A stretch of 64,000 nt of DNA from Azolla caroliniana (Eukaryota; Plantae; Polypodiophyta): assembly GCA_043228905.1 (NCBI GenBank), contig JBHGNT010000062.1:86555-150554 (forward strand). Reading direction: 5' to 3'. The notes under the pieces were generated by a model. That model worked only from the letters and a program-made list of their open reading frames with translations. It did not search any database and was not told the origin of the DNA. Both the position numbers and the translations under genes were made by a program. This document shows, piece by piece, positions 23,761 to 37,800 of the stretch (positions within the stretch are counted from its first letter, which is position 1; each line of letters begins with the position of its first letter).

Positions 23761-23777
23761 ACCCATATTCGCCATGA
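19860..23777 (+). CDS. Copia Gag-Pol polyprotein (1305 aa), broken at the start of RNase H
   Basis: CKICKRTNHATKDC knuckle, WYLDTGA protease, integrase, RT HLDVQTAFLHG/YVDD; similarity stops at VQGWT, before the expected DADW motif. Confidence 0.93.
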   Translation: MAQSMSSSQLNMRKFTIEKLSDTNYRIWKARLELLFKYNKVWDIISGSSTKPEKGEELEEFEEKDLCARMEILMHVSDGTGETLRKMETAQEMWKHLQTIYEPKNDAQQAHTLQALVNYKMIDEQPVGDFLLMWQKKLDDVLTSGLEIHDKLQKILLLGALPHSWSTFRTTQNSINCPTLIDLLANIRQDETMRSQRSSNSTPSMAMVAYKNKRFTQRGESSKPWIKKDQNTKQGEMRFNNTYCKICKRTNHATKDCRAKSNFKSYQPWKRVQAHLVEEEMDDEKAMGGGHRNGDTYDDVLQAFIAESLSATIPNPSNANDMWYLDTGATNHLTNRKDWLSNYKEVEPPIIVRFGNNGTKQAIGKGNITFEVTGGRHFTINEVLYVPGITKHLLSVSQATANGTIIEFHPNHAIIKHKASNGELIRTCCKREGGLYPIKCIPTSLILEAHHTTPIQSSISLTNLHSPSSLWHFRLGHMHFNALKTLQCNNLVHGLPKEPFKPISLCESCIFGKMPQQPFPKHRSRATNPLALVHSDLCGPFPTPSLSGAKYFISFIDDFSRFTILHFLKYKSQAYQAFKEYKARVEVQTSSKIKSLQTDGGGEYVSHEFQSLYQNEGIHHRISTPHTPQQNCVSERKNRSLLNMARSMLQFAHLSPQFWEEAVGTACYIQNRGFHRSLGLQTPYELWHGHKPNLSNLRIFGCDAYAFVPNVQRNKLDPRATKSIFIGYGEASGYKAYKLFDPQKQRIFFSRSVIFQENGPSTKVSSSLSFNLPPLLPTPNYLQPYSSTISNTNSSHIEGANIGSSSTSTICVALPSIHKAKNNPTQPTNSSSHPPSFQTLDDSLPHTPLNTHYLTPTNNTNNVIFSTPSPNPSFQVSSPTSPPNSPPPKYRSLSSIYEQLDQMEAHFVDLDHEAYIQEEDIPTLGDDTNLSAKDALSGPDSIKWRKAMEEEMKALLKNGTWTLVEPPKDRQIIGSKWVLRIKRDSNGNPIRFKARVVARGFSQVRGIDFQDTFSPTLKICGFRMLVSLAAQHDLELHHLDVQTAFLHGDLDEELYLQQPQFFEDPSHPTHVCRLRKSIYGLKQSPRIWYHKLHSFLIKVGYHRLNNEPNIYVRKAKSNFVIIGVYVDDLPLISNSKSYLAIAKKELAYVFPITDLGPMTHFLGIKITQDRTNHTISLSQSNYVNSILQRFDMLHSKPISTPLTSPCKLSNDDSPKNEREISEMKDVPYKQILGCIRYLVSCTRPDICFAASFLSRFMANPGPKHWIALKRLLRYLKHSQHYALTYSATQSESTTLVQGWTNPYSP

Positions 23778-26299
23778 TAAATTGATGGTTGGACGTCCAT
23801 GCTACTAGAAAATATTTGATAGAAGATTAACTAGTGATCATTATATGTATGGGAATGAGAAATTAGAAATGAGATGCAACTGAATATGAAACATAACGAA
23901 TCTATTTTTTGACAATTATAAATAGTGCTTTAAAAAAAGTTTAGTTATTCCTTGGAATCAATGTCTATTAAACGTGCCCGTTGCATTTCGACTTATAGGT
24001 TGCATATGGTTAACACACACTTAGCACATGGGCATTAATTTAATAATGAGAACTTCCAACTCTACATTGAATTATATGTTCACAAAAAATATCATTTTGA
24101 AAGGTACTAGACCTCATCCTATAATTTTTAAATGGTTTATTAGCGTCTATTTTAAAATTCAAATATTTGTATGAATAATGAAACTTTTAGCATCTCTCAC
24201 TTTTACATCATGAAATAATGCCAATGTCACAAACTCAACAATATTTGTGTTCTCTACATCATATTATTGATTGCTCGAGGACCATGTATGGAACATTCAA
24301 ATGGAAATATGTCTTTTTCTAACTACATCTTATATTATTTGCTTACTAAGGGGTGAGATTGAAAGCCCATAGCTAGTCAACACATGTATGTTTTGTATGT
24401 AGGCACACTTTTGTGCGCCCATAACTATCTTCATGAGTATCGACTCCCAACTTTTATCAAGGTTGAGCATGATATGTGTGATCCAAGCACACACAATACA
24501 AAGATTCATATTATTAATATATATGGCCATATTAATGTTGAGATCTATAATCTCCAACTTAAAACATGTGACTAGTATATGTCATGTACCTTGATCTTAC
24601 ACTTGAACTGTGAAGAACTTTAATTAAATTGCAAAACCATGATCTTAAACAAAACAAAAAGGGAAAATCATTTTTATGGCGTGGCCTCTTGATAAATTTA
24701 TCTTTTCCTTAGCAATAGAAAGCAAAAAGAGTCAGAGTTTAACTCAAATGAAGTGAAAAAATTCATTTGTAGGTAGAGGAGATGGGGAATGTAATGCCCT
24801 TACATGGGGTGGGGCATGATAATAATGAGAAAAATAGCATAGATCAGCAATATATTGATGCTCACTTATAAGTTATAAGTTATGAGATGGTGAAGTATGC
24901 CTACACCCTTGGATCTACATCTTCTCTCCTCTTTTCCATCTAGTAGTGCTTCTCATCATTCTCTTTCTAATTTCTTCTCTTAGCAATGTGGAACTATTTA
25001 AATACTATCCAAATACATCCCCTTTTTCATGGTTAAGGAGAAGACCCATTGATCTTGAAGGCTACACTTAGGTTTTTCTTTTTTCTTATATGATAATAAT
25101 GTTGCAATACAAATAAAATTCTTTACAATTCTAGTTTGCAGATTTCATGGTGTGTAACATTATATACTAAGTCTAACTCACTTATATAAGTTGGGAATAT
25201 ACCCTTATATGCCAATAAAATGAATCTTTATATTGTGTGTGTGTGTGTGTGTGTTTGTTTCGATGACATACAGTCTTGACAATTAGAAATCAATACTAAT
25301 TAAGATAGTGGTAGGGTCAAAAACATGTGTATACACAAAGACATACACACGCCACCGAGCCCATTATCTCAAATAGCCTTAGTTATTCTGATGTGGAGCC
25401 ATATGCACTCCTTGTGCAATCAATATGATGGACCAACATGAATGTAATAAGAAGCCCTAGATAGACTTACTAGCATGTGGGCCATAATTGTTGTTTCTGC
25501 AAGTATTATTCAATGGGTCCATTGCCCGATATCCAATAGGAAACACAAATATATTGTTTGAGTTTGTAGTGGTGTATAGAAAAGATTATTACGATTGTTT
25601 AATAATCTAAAACCCTTAAGATGTTAATAACATTATTTTAAGAACATTGAATGAGCTTTTTATTTTGAAACGTGGATGTTGCTTTTCTAACATACATGCT
25701 AACTAGCTTTTGTTGAGTGTAGAGTTTGAAGTTTTCATTATTAAATTGATGCTTCTACGCTAAGTGGTGTCTGAAGCAGTTGGGCCTACAACGGTACCTG
25801 TAGATTTCATATACGTACCATACGTGCATTTTGCATTCGAGAATGGTAAACACCCTCGAAGTATGGTAAATACTAAATACCATACTTTTGTATTCATTAT
25901 TATTATAATTTATAAGGTAAAAAATGTAATAAAAAAAACATAAGAATGTTTTGATAACATGCGCATTCGTTTGCTTTTGTATGAAAAAGAATGTTTGCCA
26001 ATGCATTCGAGTATATTACGTACTATGGATTTATGAGAAAGAATAACTTTAATTACTGTTGTCTAGCACCACTAACCATTGTTATACAAATAGATTCCTT
26101 TGATTTGATACATTTGCGTCTCATTCTAAATCTATGATATCTCTAATTAATTCATGCATCAAATAGTTTCTAGCAAACATGAACATTGAACCATCATGCC
26201 ATTATGTCAACACATGATAGTGTTGAATTGTTGAAAAAATTGCTGCATTGAAAATAACCGTGAGAAAATTTAAATAATATTTATATACATACATATATG

Positions 26300-26332
<33 letters not shown>

Positions 26333-26899
26333 ATTTGAAGATACTTTAATCGTAATTGTAATAATGAGTAAACACTTAACATGATAGCGTTTCTTAAAGA
26401 TGGTTACAAAGTTACAACACACCATGTATTATTATTCTTTACACCTCTCCTTGAGAATAAATATACGCATAACCTCCATTACTGTGTCCAAACACCTCAA
26501 GTGTGTGTACTACGAAAAGCGTTATGCATTGAATAACAAACTATTGTTGATGTGGAGCAGCAAGGGGAATGGTTGTACAACCTCGGGCAATCCTTGAAGA
26601 CCAAATTAATGGAATGTTGAAATGAGGAGAGCCAACTCATTGGCGAACTCTCACAATTCTTGGAATTCTCGAGATGCTCAAGAGATGACAACCACTCCAT
26701 GTGAAGGTGGTTTCTCTATGAAGGTGAAAAGTTTCACAATTAGGGATGAACACCATCTAGACCATGGTGGACGAATCATCTAACGTGTGATGCACATTGA
26801 ATGGTTTCTTTGAGTGAATAGTCAAAGTTCGTAGACTATGATTACGAGTAATTTGCATCACTAGAAAATAAGCTAGAGGGCCTAAATTTATAATTGATA

Positions 26900-29560
26900 A
26901 TGTTTTAGGAAGCTCTATCTTTGATTCCGTAATTTGTGATGGTGTTCTAACAGGATTTTGTCGTCCACATATAATGTTACCAATAATAGGCTATTATATG
27001 TACGATTATGTCTACTGTATATATTTGGTTCAAATAACAATCTAGAGTAATCTTGTGAGAGGAATTCAAGGAAATTGTTTAAGTCTAGAGGCATTGATGG
27101 AGCCAACAAACATAGTTTGGTTGAGAACTTGAATCAAATCTAAGAGAGTGTGACATGTAGATTTCTTCTAATAGAAATGTTGTTTGTACATCCAAATAAT
27201 GTACCTCAAGTCGAAGAATGGTGTCTAGAACCATAAAAAATTCAGAATGATGCTATACTGAGAATGGGTGAAAATGTCTCATAATAGTCAAGTCCTCCGA
27301 CTTGAGAAACACCACAAGCCATTAGCCGAGCATTATACCATACTATTGTACCATTAGGGTTACATAGTTTTCTCTTCAACACCCATTTGCATGAGATAGG
27401 GAAGCAACTTATAAGGAGTAGTACTATAATCCATTTTTGTTGACAAAGGGAGAGTTTCAAGTTCTTTTTCCTTAATGGCTTTCCTTTCCACATTGTATTG
27501 CCACATTGATAGTTAATGAATCATCAAGAATGTTTTATGTGAGTGAGGGGGAGCTAATTGCAAAGAAAGTGAACTATAAGAGCCTCTAATTCCTTAGTGC
27601 TAAAATGTGAAAATTATTGGTATGTTCCATGCATTGTCCATTAGTGGGGAAAAGATGCATTTGTACACCCTAGTAATTTGATTATTTTGGTATCCTTTGT
27701 TACTGATGTCATTATCTATTCCATAAACTCGTGAGGATCTTCTTAATGATATAAAGGAGCTTTTGCGAGAATGGAAACATGAATAATCATGGTGAGTTAG
27801 GTGTATTGTGCCCAACGGTTTGTCATTATGAATGTTTTTTATTCCAACAAAATGGTGTATATTATGTCTAAAGTGATTTAAATGATACAACGATGGATAC
27901 TTCCAAATATTCTTAACAACTTCATCACAGATTTTTACTTTTTTCAACTGCGCTTAGGTTTCCAAAGACATTCATTAGTGCACCACATTTTGCATACATA
28001 TCTACCAAAGCATTGGTAAGTACAATACAACATGTTTTTATAGCAATCCAGGCTTGTCAATGATCTCCTCATGAACTTCCTTTCACTTGTCATTATGAAT
28101 GTTTAGATGATGATTAGATATCTTTCTAGTTTGGCTAAGATTAAAATTATTTGTAAGTGGAGCATATGGCTCTCCTGGTTATGATTGTTTGTTTATTAGA
28201 GATGAGTCATTAGTTAAAGGGGAAATATGTCGCTTGGGCAACTTCACTTCTTCTAGTGATGTGAATATTGACATGAGATGATTAATGAGCGTTTTGTCAA
28301 TTATGACTTGGATTTTTTAGAAAGTTAGGGGAGACTATTAAAAAGTACTAGTTGATGATATTGTTTCATTTTATTCAATATTGTTGGATTTGATGTTTGA
28401 GGGGTTTGGTATGGTAGTTGTAGCTTGGGCCTTTTCATGTATGAGATATTAGGCTATCTTCATTGCACATCGATGATTGACTAATTAGAAATCGTTTCAC
28501 ATTTGGGTCAATGTAAAACTGATAACCCTTGTAGCCATGAGGTTTTCCATACCCAACAAATATGGTGCAATTCAAGTGATTATCTAATTTAGATAGTGTA
28601 TCTAAGGGTATGAGTGCATAGCTAGACTACGGTAACCAAACACTTTTTTATTTTCATAATATGGACTTTGTCTAAACCATAAATGAAATGGAATTGTCCG
28701 AATGGATATGCTATATGTCCTATTCAAAATATTCCCAATATGTTTTGGGAAGATTTGCAATGGATAACAAACAACAGGTAGCATCCATATACGTAAATCA
28801 GTTTCATCATTCAACCCTTGAGTTTTGTTGAGGGGTTTAAGGGATTACAAATCTTTATTGAATCCTTATGCAACAAGCAATTGATACAACCTCTTTCCAA
28901 TATGTTCAGGAAAACTTTGCAATTGATAGCATACAACAAGTGGCATCCATATACATCAATTGGTTTCATTGATCATCCCTTGAGTTTTGTGGAGGGGTAT
29001 AAGGATTGCAAATCTTTGTTGAGTCCCATAACTTTAACAAGTCTTAGAGTTTTGGAAATTAAATTCTTCCCCATTATTTGATTGAAGTGTTTCAAGGGAC
29101 AATTCTTGTTGGGTTATTACAAGTTTATGATAGGCCTTGAGTTTTTCAGGATCACTTGATGACAAGATTCTATATTTAGGAAAGTGGACATTGTGAAAGA
29201 GTAAATTCATCGATAAATGCTAAGAAATATACATTTCTAGATAAGGACGAAGTTAATAAGGGGCCACATACATTGTTTGGCCATGTGAACCATTGTTTGA
29301 TGGTCCAAGAGACCTAATTGATGGTGCCATAATAGGGTGTCATAGTTGGATATGTCTAATAGTCTATGTCGTATGCTTCTTGAGCAAGTGCCACAAAGCA
29401 ACCTAATAAGTAAAGACATCCTTGGCTTGGACAGTTAACCACATAACTTCAACTAGAGAGTGTCTTATAGCGGATCGCGCAAGTATAAAAAAACATAGGG
29501 CCACCCTTATTTTAAGCTCTTGGAACTATGTCCACAACTTTCTTGTTCATGCATATAGTT
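26900..29560 (-). mobile_element. Highly degenerate copia pol with embedded PPR fragment (about 27915-28105)
   Basis: Fragments LLWHHQLG, CKWVLKRK...YNARLMACGVSQVGGLDYYETFSP, TLYVDD, and VLTNALVDMYAKCGAL. Boundaries approximate. Confidence 0.8.
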
Positions 29561-29826
29561 ATAGTACCACACAATTATGTTTTTACAATATAATGATTAT
29601 GCATTGCAATTCAAATTATTCCACTCATTAAATGGGTTAAGCAAGTCGTACATTTATGAATATCTTATAGTACCACACAACTATAGTTATGCATGAAATG
29701 GGTTCACACATACAGTTATAGTACCACACAACTATGTTTTTACAATATAATGATTATGCATTGCAATTCAAATTATTCCACTCATGAAATGGGTTAAGCA
29801 AGTCGTACATTTATGAATATCTTATG
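29555..29826. repeat. Local direct duplication (about 110 bp core, about 158 bp apart)
   Basis: atagtaccacacaa...tttatgaatatcttat at about 29561 and 29719. Confidence 0.8.
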
Positions 29827-30177
29827 GGATTGATGTCATGTGGGCCGTGATAAGAATATAATAACACTTCGAGTCGAGTCTATAATTACTACGGCATAAG
29901 CTATGCCGAACATCATGTCATATAACATTATCATGACTCAATGTTGCAGTTACTAGTGGGATGAATGTGAAGGATCATGATAAATGACGCTCAACTTACA
30001 TGGGCAGATCTTTATAACTAACCACTCTCATTCATTACACATGCACTACCCACACTCTAAGTTCGATCGTTCGTAGCTAGAGAATGGCGAGCCAAAACTA
30101 ATTATTAATGTGTGATAAGTTTGGGGGCAAGAAACTACTCGTGAAATAACAACTTCTTGGTTGGAAGAAGCAAAATT

Positions 30178-33100
30178 AACACGAAGGGAAGGGAAGCGTG
30201 CAAGGGTCGACCCGACTAGCGCGCGGCACACGGACGAATTTATATATTTTGTTGAATCTATTTTTCGCCCTTAGCATTGTCTTTATGCGGACATGAGAGG
30301 CCCTTTGCAAATCACTAAGTATCGTCCAAGATAAAAGCAGCCCATGCGGTACGCAGTTGACTTAACACATAAGTACAACCCATGCAGTACCAGTGTTGTA
30401 CTACTACCTAGTGGGTAGCTGTTCTCTAGAGTCAACCCAACCGTATCATGCAAGTATATGTATATATATAACACACTCCACTTTTGTCCTTAACAGGATC
30501 TGTGTGGTTTAAGGCTTGTCTGCTCGAGCATCATTACCCTCCTCATTCTTCTCCCTAATGATCAACAACATTGTCGTACATAGAATCAACTGAGTTTCGC
30601 GCATCTTTCGGCAGTTAACTTCTCGATTAATTCGCGATGAGTATGTTGGAGAAGTAGCAGTTGTTGTTGTTGTTGTTGTTGTTGTTTGTGCTTCCTATGG
30701 ATGGATTTTGGCCTCCTTGCCGTGTGGCTGCAGAGTTTTATATCCTGTGGCATTAACGCAAGGATTGATGCAGGTAAGGAGGCTGCGGCGGTCGTCCATG
30801 GCCGAGATGAGGATGATGAGAGATTGATGGGGGCAATTCGGCGGGCGAAGGTGGCAAAAGCGGTCACGGAAGCGGTAATCATGGCCGCGTGCGTGTTTTG
30901 GGTATTATGGTGGTTTGTCGCGCCCGATCCAGAAGGAGACAAGAAATACGTGGAGTCGTGGATCGGCGACAAATCCCACTCTCGCTTCTTTCGGACAGAT
31001 GGTCGTGAAGGTAACTAAGCCCCTCATTATCAATCTCTGCCAGACAAATCTCTACAGTACACCTCCTACAAGTAATATAATATAATTAGTGATCGCATAA
31101 TGCATATGTGTATGCATATATATGGTTTGTCAACTGATCAGCTCCCTCCTACTTAAAACTGATATATTTATGGCATCCATCCATTAGGTTCGACATTCAT
31201 ATACCAAACCATGCCTTTCTTCGTCGTCACCATTCTGAGCTTCGTCGTGATCCGGCTCCGCGCATTCATCAAAGCAAAGACTGCACAGCTCCGTGTTGTG
31301 GTGCCCGCGGGTGCAAAGGGCTGGAAAAACCAATGGCAGATGAGTACGTACCCGGTGTGGGTGGACAAGAGCCCCTTCGGCATCCTCACGGCCTCGGAGC
31401 TTGTCGGAATTCTGGCCATAACTTTGTTGATGATCTACCACTTCAGCAGAATCGTCAACATTGCTTTCACCCGCATCGACAACAACACCCAGCACCACCA
31501 CGGCTCCGGCCCGCCCCCCGCCAAGTACGTCCTACTACAATCATGACATAACCATATCTCTCTCTCTCTCTCTCTCAAACAGACAGACAGACAGACACAC
31601 ACACACACATTCATGCTTTGAACACCATCTCCAAGCTCACATTGTTTGTTAAATTCCCAGTCACATATACGAGGAGGCCTTCGTGAGCTCGAACAGATGT
31701 GACAAGAGTGTACATAATAAGCACTCATGTTTTCCATTGATATTGCAGGCCATGGCAGAAATTGAATAATGTATCCTTCTACTTCGGACGCGTGGCCGTC
31801 GTGCCATTCTCGTTGCTCTGGATCCCTGTGTCGCGCGGCTCGCCGTTGCTTCGGCTGGTAGGCATCCCATTCGAGCGCGCCGTGCGCTACCACATCTGGC
31901 TCGCCGTCTCCATGCTTGTTCTCGTCAGCCTCCATAGCCTCGGCTACATCATTCTCTATGCCAACACCAACCGTACGGATTTGGTAGGTTCAAATCATGC
32001 AGTATTCCGCGCTCACTGTCTCGCCCAATATTACCGTAATGTTACAAGGCTTAACGCCGATGATGTCGCAAGGGCCAACCTATGCTAGGGCTCATGTGGT
32101 TTCTCCATCATGATGCATTCATTGTACTTGAGTGTGTTTGATCATATCATGATAGGGACATAATTAGTTTTTTGCTTCTTGTTGTTAGATCTTTGGGTGG
32201 GTCACGAAGCAAGAAAAATGTGCGGTAGTGGCCGGGCTGGTGGCATGGGTGTTCGGTCTAGTCATGTGGGCCACTTCCCTGTCCTTCGTCCGTCGCCGCT
32301 TCTACGACATATTCTTCTCGGTCCACCACCTGTATCTCCTCTTCTCCCTCTTTTGGCTGTATCACGCGGTCTGGAATTATCATTTCTTCATCGTCCCTCT
32401 CATGCTCTTCTTCATCGATCGCTTCCTTCGCATGATCCAATCGTCCAGTGTTGTCCGCGTATCCTCGGCCAAGCTCCTCCAGAATGGCGCAGTCGAGCTC
32501 TTGCTGCCTCTTAACACCAATGCCACCAAAGGTAACATAAATGGATTCTCTTTCATGTATGTGTGCTTGTTCGGATCCACATATTAATTAATATTCCAGA
32601 ATCTCTCTGACTAAATTCAGTCAGTGAGCTCTTCTAACCTTTACTAATAACAGGCAATAATGTGATCATTACTTATGTCAGGGAGCCCACTCTATAATGC
32701 ACTCTCCACATGGTGCATCCAGATTCCTGGTATCTCCAAACTACAGTGGCACTTCTTCAGTGGCGCATCGTCCCCTCTCGATAACACGCAGGAGCTCTCC
32801 ATCGTAATCAAGCCTCTCGGCGAATGGACGAATAGTTTGCGCGATCAATTCTCAAGTGCCAAGAAAACTGGGGGTTCCTGCCCTTTCTCGTTTAAGGCTA
32901 GAGTCGAAGGTCCTTACGGCGATGAGTCCGATTTCTACCTAAAGTATGGGGATCTCTCTAATTATTTGTCGTAATTCCTGGTCTCGATTCAGTTCCCAAA
33001 GCTCATGTCTGTCGTTCCTCATTGATATAATTAGCCTTCACATTAACGAGTTGCTTCCATTAATTAATGTAATGTACATGATTAATATTTCGCAGGTATA

Positions 33101-34808
33101 AAGCCCTAGTCATCGTGGCCGGGGGCATAGGCCTCACCCCTGCCCTCGCTATAATCCGTGATATCTTGTATCGATACAAAGACGTTAGATCCTCACCGGC
33201 ATCGACTACTCTTCCGACCTCCATCACACTCTACCACTGCATAAGAAAGCCAGAGGAGTTATGTGTGCTAAACACCCTATATCCTAACCAAATTCTCCCT
33301 GGCTATGAGACATTAGGACTGCGCATCCGAGTACATGTATACATAACCTCGAAGAACATACAAGATTATGAGGGAGTGCCATTATCCGGTGGCAACACGG
33401 CCCATAATTCATATAGAATAGGCCAATCCTTGGACCTATCCAAGTTTAACCGTGAACACCCTACATCACAACCATTGATATTTGATTCCTCTTATCCGGC
33501 GGCACAACACCCACAATCCGATGGAAGAATCTCGAGCATTGGCAGCACAGGGAGCACCTCATGGGTAGCATTAACCACCATTGCATCCTTTGCAGGATAC
33601 TTTGTGCTTTCAGGCTTGGCAAACACTTTTATTGTGAGGTCCTATGCCCATCACACCTTCACCAATTACAATCGCGCGCATGTCGTGGTGGCGTGCATGA
33701 TCTTGGGGATTCTCATTTGTGGCGGCCTCGTGGTTCTGCTATGGTTCCATATGTTGCGACGACAATCGAGTATAAGCTCGGCATCGGTGCAGCCGAGGAC
33801 ACAGAGTCCGACTTCTTCTCCATCCGGAAGTAACGAAGATTTGGGAGCAACTTACAACGGAATCGAAGATGGCGCATCTCAGTGGGATGGGGATGTGCAC
33901 ATTTTGTCACGGCCAAACTGGAAAGGTAGGTTGGCATCATAGGGTCCACATCTAACCCTAAACCCTAAACCCTAAACTTTTTATTAGGGCAAAAAAGTTT
34001 TAAAGGTTAAAAACGTTAAAGAAAAAACATAAGCATTCGTTACGCCAAGAAAGTTAAGTATGTTTTCATAACATAAGCATTTGTGAATATATGTGGTATC
34101 TTCTTTAACCTGGTAAGAGTAGTACTACTACATATACAAGTTTGTGAATATATGAGTACAGGTAGATTACCCCAATTCTGAAATTTTAATCCCTTCTATT
34201 CAAGCTGCAGTCACTATATACGAATATATAGTACTATTTGTGCAGAATTTTCTAGCTCAATGATCTCATCCTCTGGCTGAATAAAGCACTAGTTAATTCA
34301 AATATCATGCAATAGCTATTTGAAACCATCTACTCAGGAATGTGCTATGTATGCTATACTTTAGTGGACTTGGGATTATATATGGCACTGAATTGATGCA
34401 TGAATGAATTGCCCCTGAGAATGAAGCATGTCAAGCAATGAATGTGTAGTTCTTCTAAATTTGATGGTCCAAAATATTGGCAGATGTCTTCGAGGGCTTG
34501 GTGGAGCAACACCGTGGGGAATGTGTGGGAGTTCTGGTGTCGGGATCGGAGAGCATGCAAGAGGACATTGCCAGGGAATGCAAGAGATGCTCGCCTTTCC
34601 GCCCCTTCTATGCTGCCCCGGACACATCCAAATCTTCGGAAGGCAGCAGGGGGGCCCTCCTGCACTTCCACTCTGTGAGCTTCAGCCTGTAGTCAGATTT
34701 AGTCCTCTCCACCATCACCATTATTATGAATATTGTCTGTGTTTCTTGCACTATATACTGTTGAGCCGCCATTTCGTTGGCTGTTATGAATGAAGAATAA
34801 TGATGGAT

Positions 34809-34850
<42 letters not shown>

Positions 34851-37800
34851 ATAATACATAATACATGTATGTATGTATGTATATGGTCAGGATCAATAAG
34901 TTGCACTGTCCATATTGCATTAATAATAGCCTTGATTTACCCCTTCCCACAGATCATTAAAAGTATCGGAACAATGGTTTTCCCACTGTATTTTATACAT
35001 ACCATCATTACTAATTAAGAAAACTCTCGCGTTGTGTACATTTTAAGCCTGTGTCGTGAGCTATTAAGTTGTGTCAGTTTTCTTTTTTCTTTTTTCTTTT
35101 TGTGTTGGAACCATGTAAAGCCTACAGAAATGGGCTGCAGTGCTATGTAGCAAAATTATAAAAGAAACAAGATTTGCGAAATAAGAGTGTTATGAAAGGT
35201 TGTCCCTGCTTGTGGGTGAGTCAGCCGAAAAGTCGACTCGAGAGTCGGCCGGTCGAAATCGGTTGAGAAGTCGAAATGAGTTGGCTGACCAAAATTGTCC
35301 GAAAAGCCGAAACGAGAGTTGGTTGGCCAAATTCGGTAAGAAAGCCGAAATGAAATGGGATTCGGTCAAATAGAAGTTCGAACGAACATATACACATATA
35401 TATATGTATTCATATATATGTATGTGAGATGAGTTAGTATATATAGTGAGTCGAACTAGTTGCATTTGTATGTTGGATAACTCATTGAGAATAAAAACAG
35501 TGAGTAAAATCGTGAAAGTGAAGTTATGTGTCTAAGTGAACGCGGGAAGGTATAATAGAAGGTGTTGCAAGAGTAGAGCGATATAGAGAACGACAGAGAG
35601 CTAACATAGTAGTGGTTATGCGAGTGCCATAGCTCAGAAGCCGAGCGTGAGAAGAAACAAAGGAAGAAGAGTGTAGTAGAAAGAAAAGAAAAGACAAATC
35701 TAGAAGTTGTGTAGGCTTCGAAAGAGATAGATACCTACGAGTTAGGGTTTGGTGCTGTTGAGAATCAAGCTCAACATAGCGCCACGTGTGAACACACCTT
35801 TTGAGAATCGATGATTACTCAGAAGTCAATAGTCACACCACTACTCTCTACACATTAACTATGTGTAATAGAATCATATTCTATGACACCTAACTAATGA
35901 GTTACATATTCCCCATGACTATGAGTCTTCACATTCCCCAAGAGAGAGTGGTTGTTGTAAAGTTAATGAAGAGAGAGGGTGACACTATATAAAGCACCCT
36001 TCTCATACTTCATATTAGGTCGGTTGTGACTCCTTATTATGCTACATTTTGTAATTCTTATTCTACTTGTGAAATATACACCTTCTTCTTGAGTATTTTA
36101 TTTCTCTTGTCTATCTATGTAGTGTTCTCTCATCTCTCCTCTAATTCCTCTGACACATACACATAACACACATCTCTTCCGCTACACAAGAATTATACCC
36201 GATTCTTTACATGGTATCAGAGCGATTTGGTAACTCGATCTAGCCCACTCGCCTCATCGTGATCGTGTGTTATGCTCTACGCCGACGTTCAAGAAGAACC
36301 GGCTCATCGCTATCGTAGTGCGACTACATAGCTCGTGTTCGAGAGAGAAGGAAAAGGAAAGAAGGAAGAAATCTACATCGACAATGAATACTCAAATGGG
36401 GAGCGCTCTCCCTAGCGAGAAGTTGGATCGCAACAACTTTGCATCGCAACAACTTTGCATCTTGGGAGTACAAGATGCACTAATACGTTGTCGGCCAAGG
36501 CTATTGGAGCTACATCAAAGGAGCACAAGAAAATCGACCCAACCCGGAAAACGTTGACTATGCAACGTGGGAGCAAGCGGCAAGTCTAGTGATGTATTGC
36601 TTGGCGACATGTGTTCACGACCACATGCTTGGGTACATTGGAGAAGCCAAGACGCCGAAGGAAGCGTGGGAGAATCTCCGAAAGATTTTCACCGCCAACA
36701 TTACCGCGAGAAAGCTTCAACTCCGCCAAGAGTTGAATAATATCCAACAAAGGGATATGTCCGTCACGAGCTACACCTTGAAGATCAAAGAGCTTTGTGA
36801 TTCACTCAGCTCCATAAGCGTAAACGTGGAGGATGAAGTGATGGTGCAAATATGTCTCTGCGGCCTTGCACCACGATTTGGCGCAATGCAGACCGCCGTA
36901 CTAGCATGGGAGAATCCGCCCTCCTTCTTCGACCTTCAATCCATGTTGTTGGTAGAAGAGAATCATGTTCAAACAAGGAACAATGCCTCGGAAGGCCAAG
37001 TGCTCTACACGCATTCGGATGGAGGAAGAGGACGCGGCTATGCAAGAAGAGGCCGATTCAGCCAAGGACGTGGCGGACGAGGCGGATAAGGCCCGATTTA
37101 CGAAAACAACTCGCAATTTCGGCATCAAGATGGAAGCCATCGAGGAACCTTCGGAAGAAGGGGGAGCTTCCATTCCGGTCCGAACCGACAAAGCTTGGTC
37201 GAATGCGGATATTGCGGAAAAATTGGCCACCACGAAGAAGAATGCCGTAAGAAGATACGCAAGTCGGCTTCCACTAGCCGACAACTCACCAACTACGCCA
37301 TCAACTCCGATTATGACGATCGCGGCGGAATGTTAGGGATGAGACATAGAGCGAATTCTATGTCGGCCTCTACCTCTACTAATGCCTTTGATCCGGAAGA
37401 CGTATGGTTCGTCGATTCCGATGCATCGAACCATATGACGTCGCATAAAAAATGGTTCCGAGAGCTTCGAGAGCCGGACCAACCCGGCTATGTCGAAACC
37501 GGAGACAATACTACGCACCCGATTCGGCACATTGGCAATGTTCTGTTCGGAGAAGAAGGTAAGCAAACTTATATTAAAAATGCCTTGCATGTACCAAGTA
37601 TCACGAAGAATTTGGTCTCCGTTGGGCAAATTGTAGAGCAAGGAATGCAAGTACGATTTAATCAAGGCGGTTGCTTCATCGAAAAAGAGGGCCGACTCAT
37701 CGCACGCGGACGAAGAGAGGGCCGAATGTTCATTCTCGACTCACACGAGATGAAATCGGCCATGTTCGCAAAGGGCGTGAAAGCCGATTCCGACATAGAG

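Noticed and set aside
23780-26900. Short ORFs in the AT-rich spacer, and a short inverted similarity between about 17440-17485 and 25595-25650
   Set aside because: No recognisable motifs; the similarity is too short and AT-rich to define element ends.
30827-34692. RBOH/NADPH oxidase identity
   Set aside because: No EF-hand N-terminus; extra transmembrane segments in the NADPH domain and the FHSVSF end fit FRO.
36212-36223. tRNA-like sequences
   Set aside because: These are 10-15 nt primer-binding sites only; no tRNA or rRNA gene was seen.
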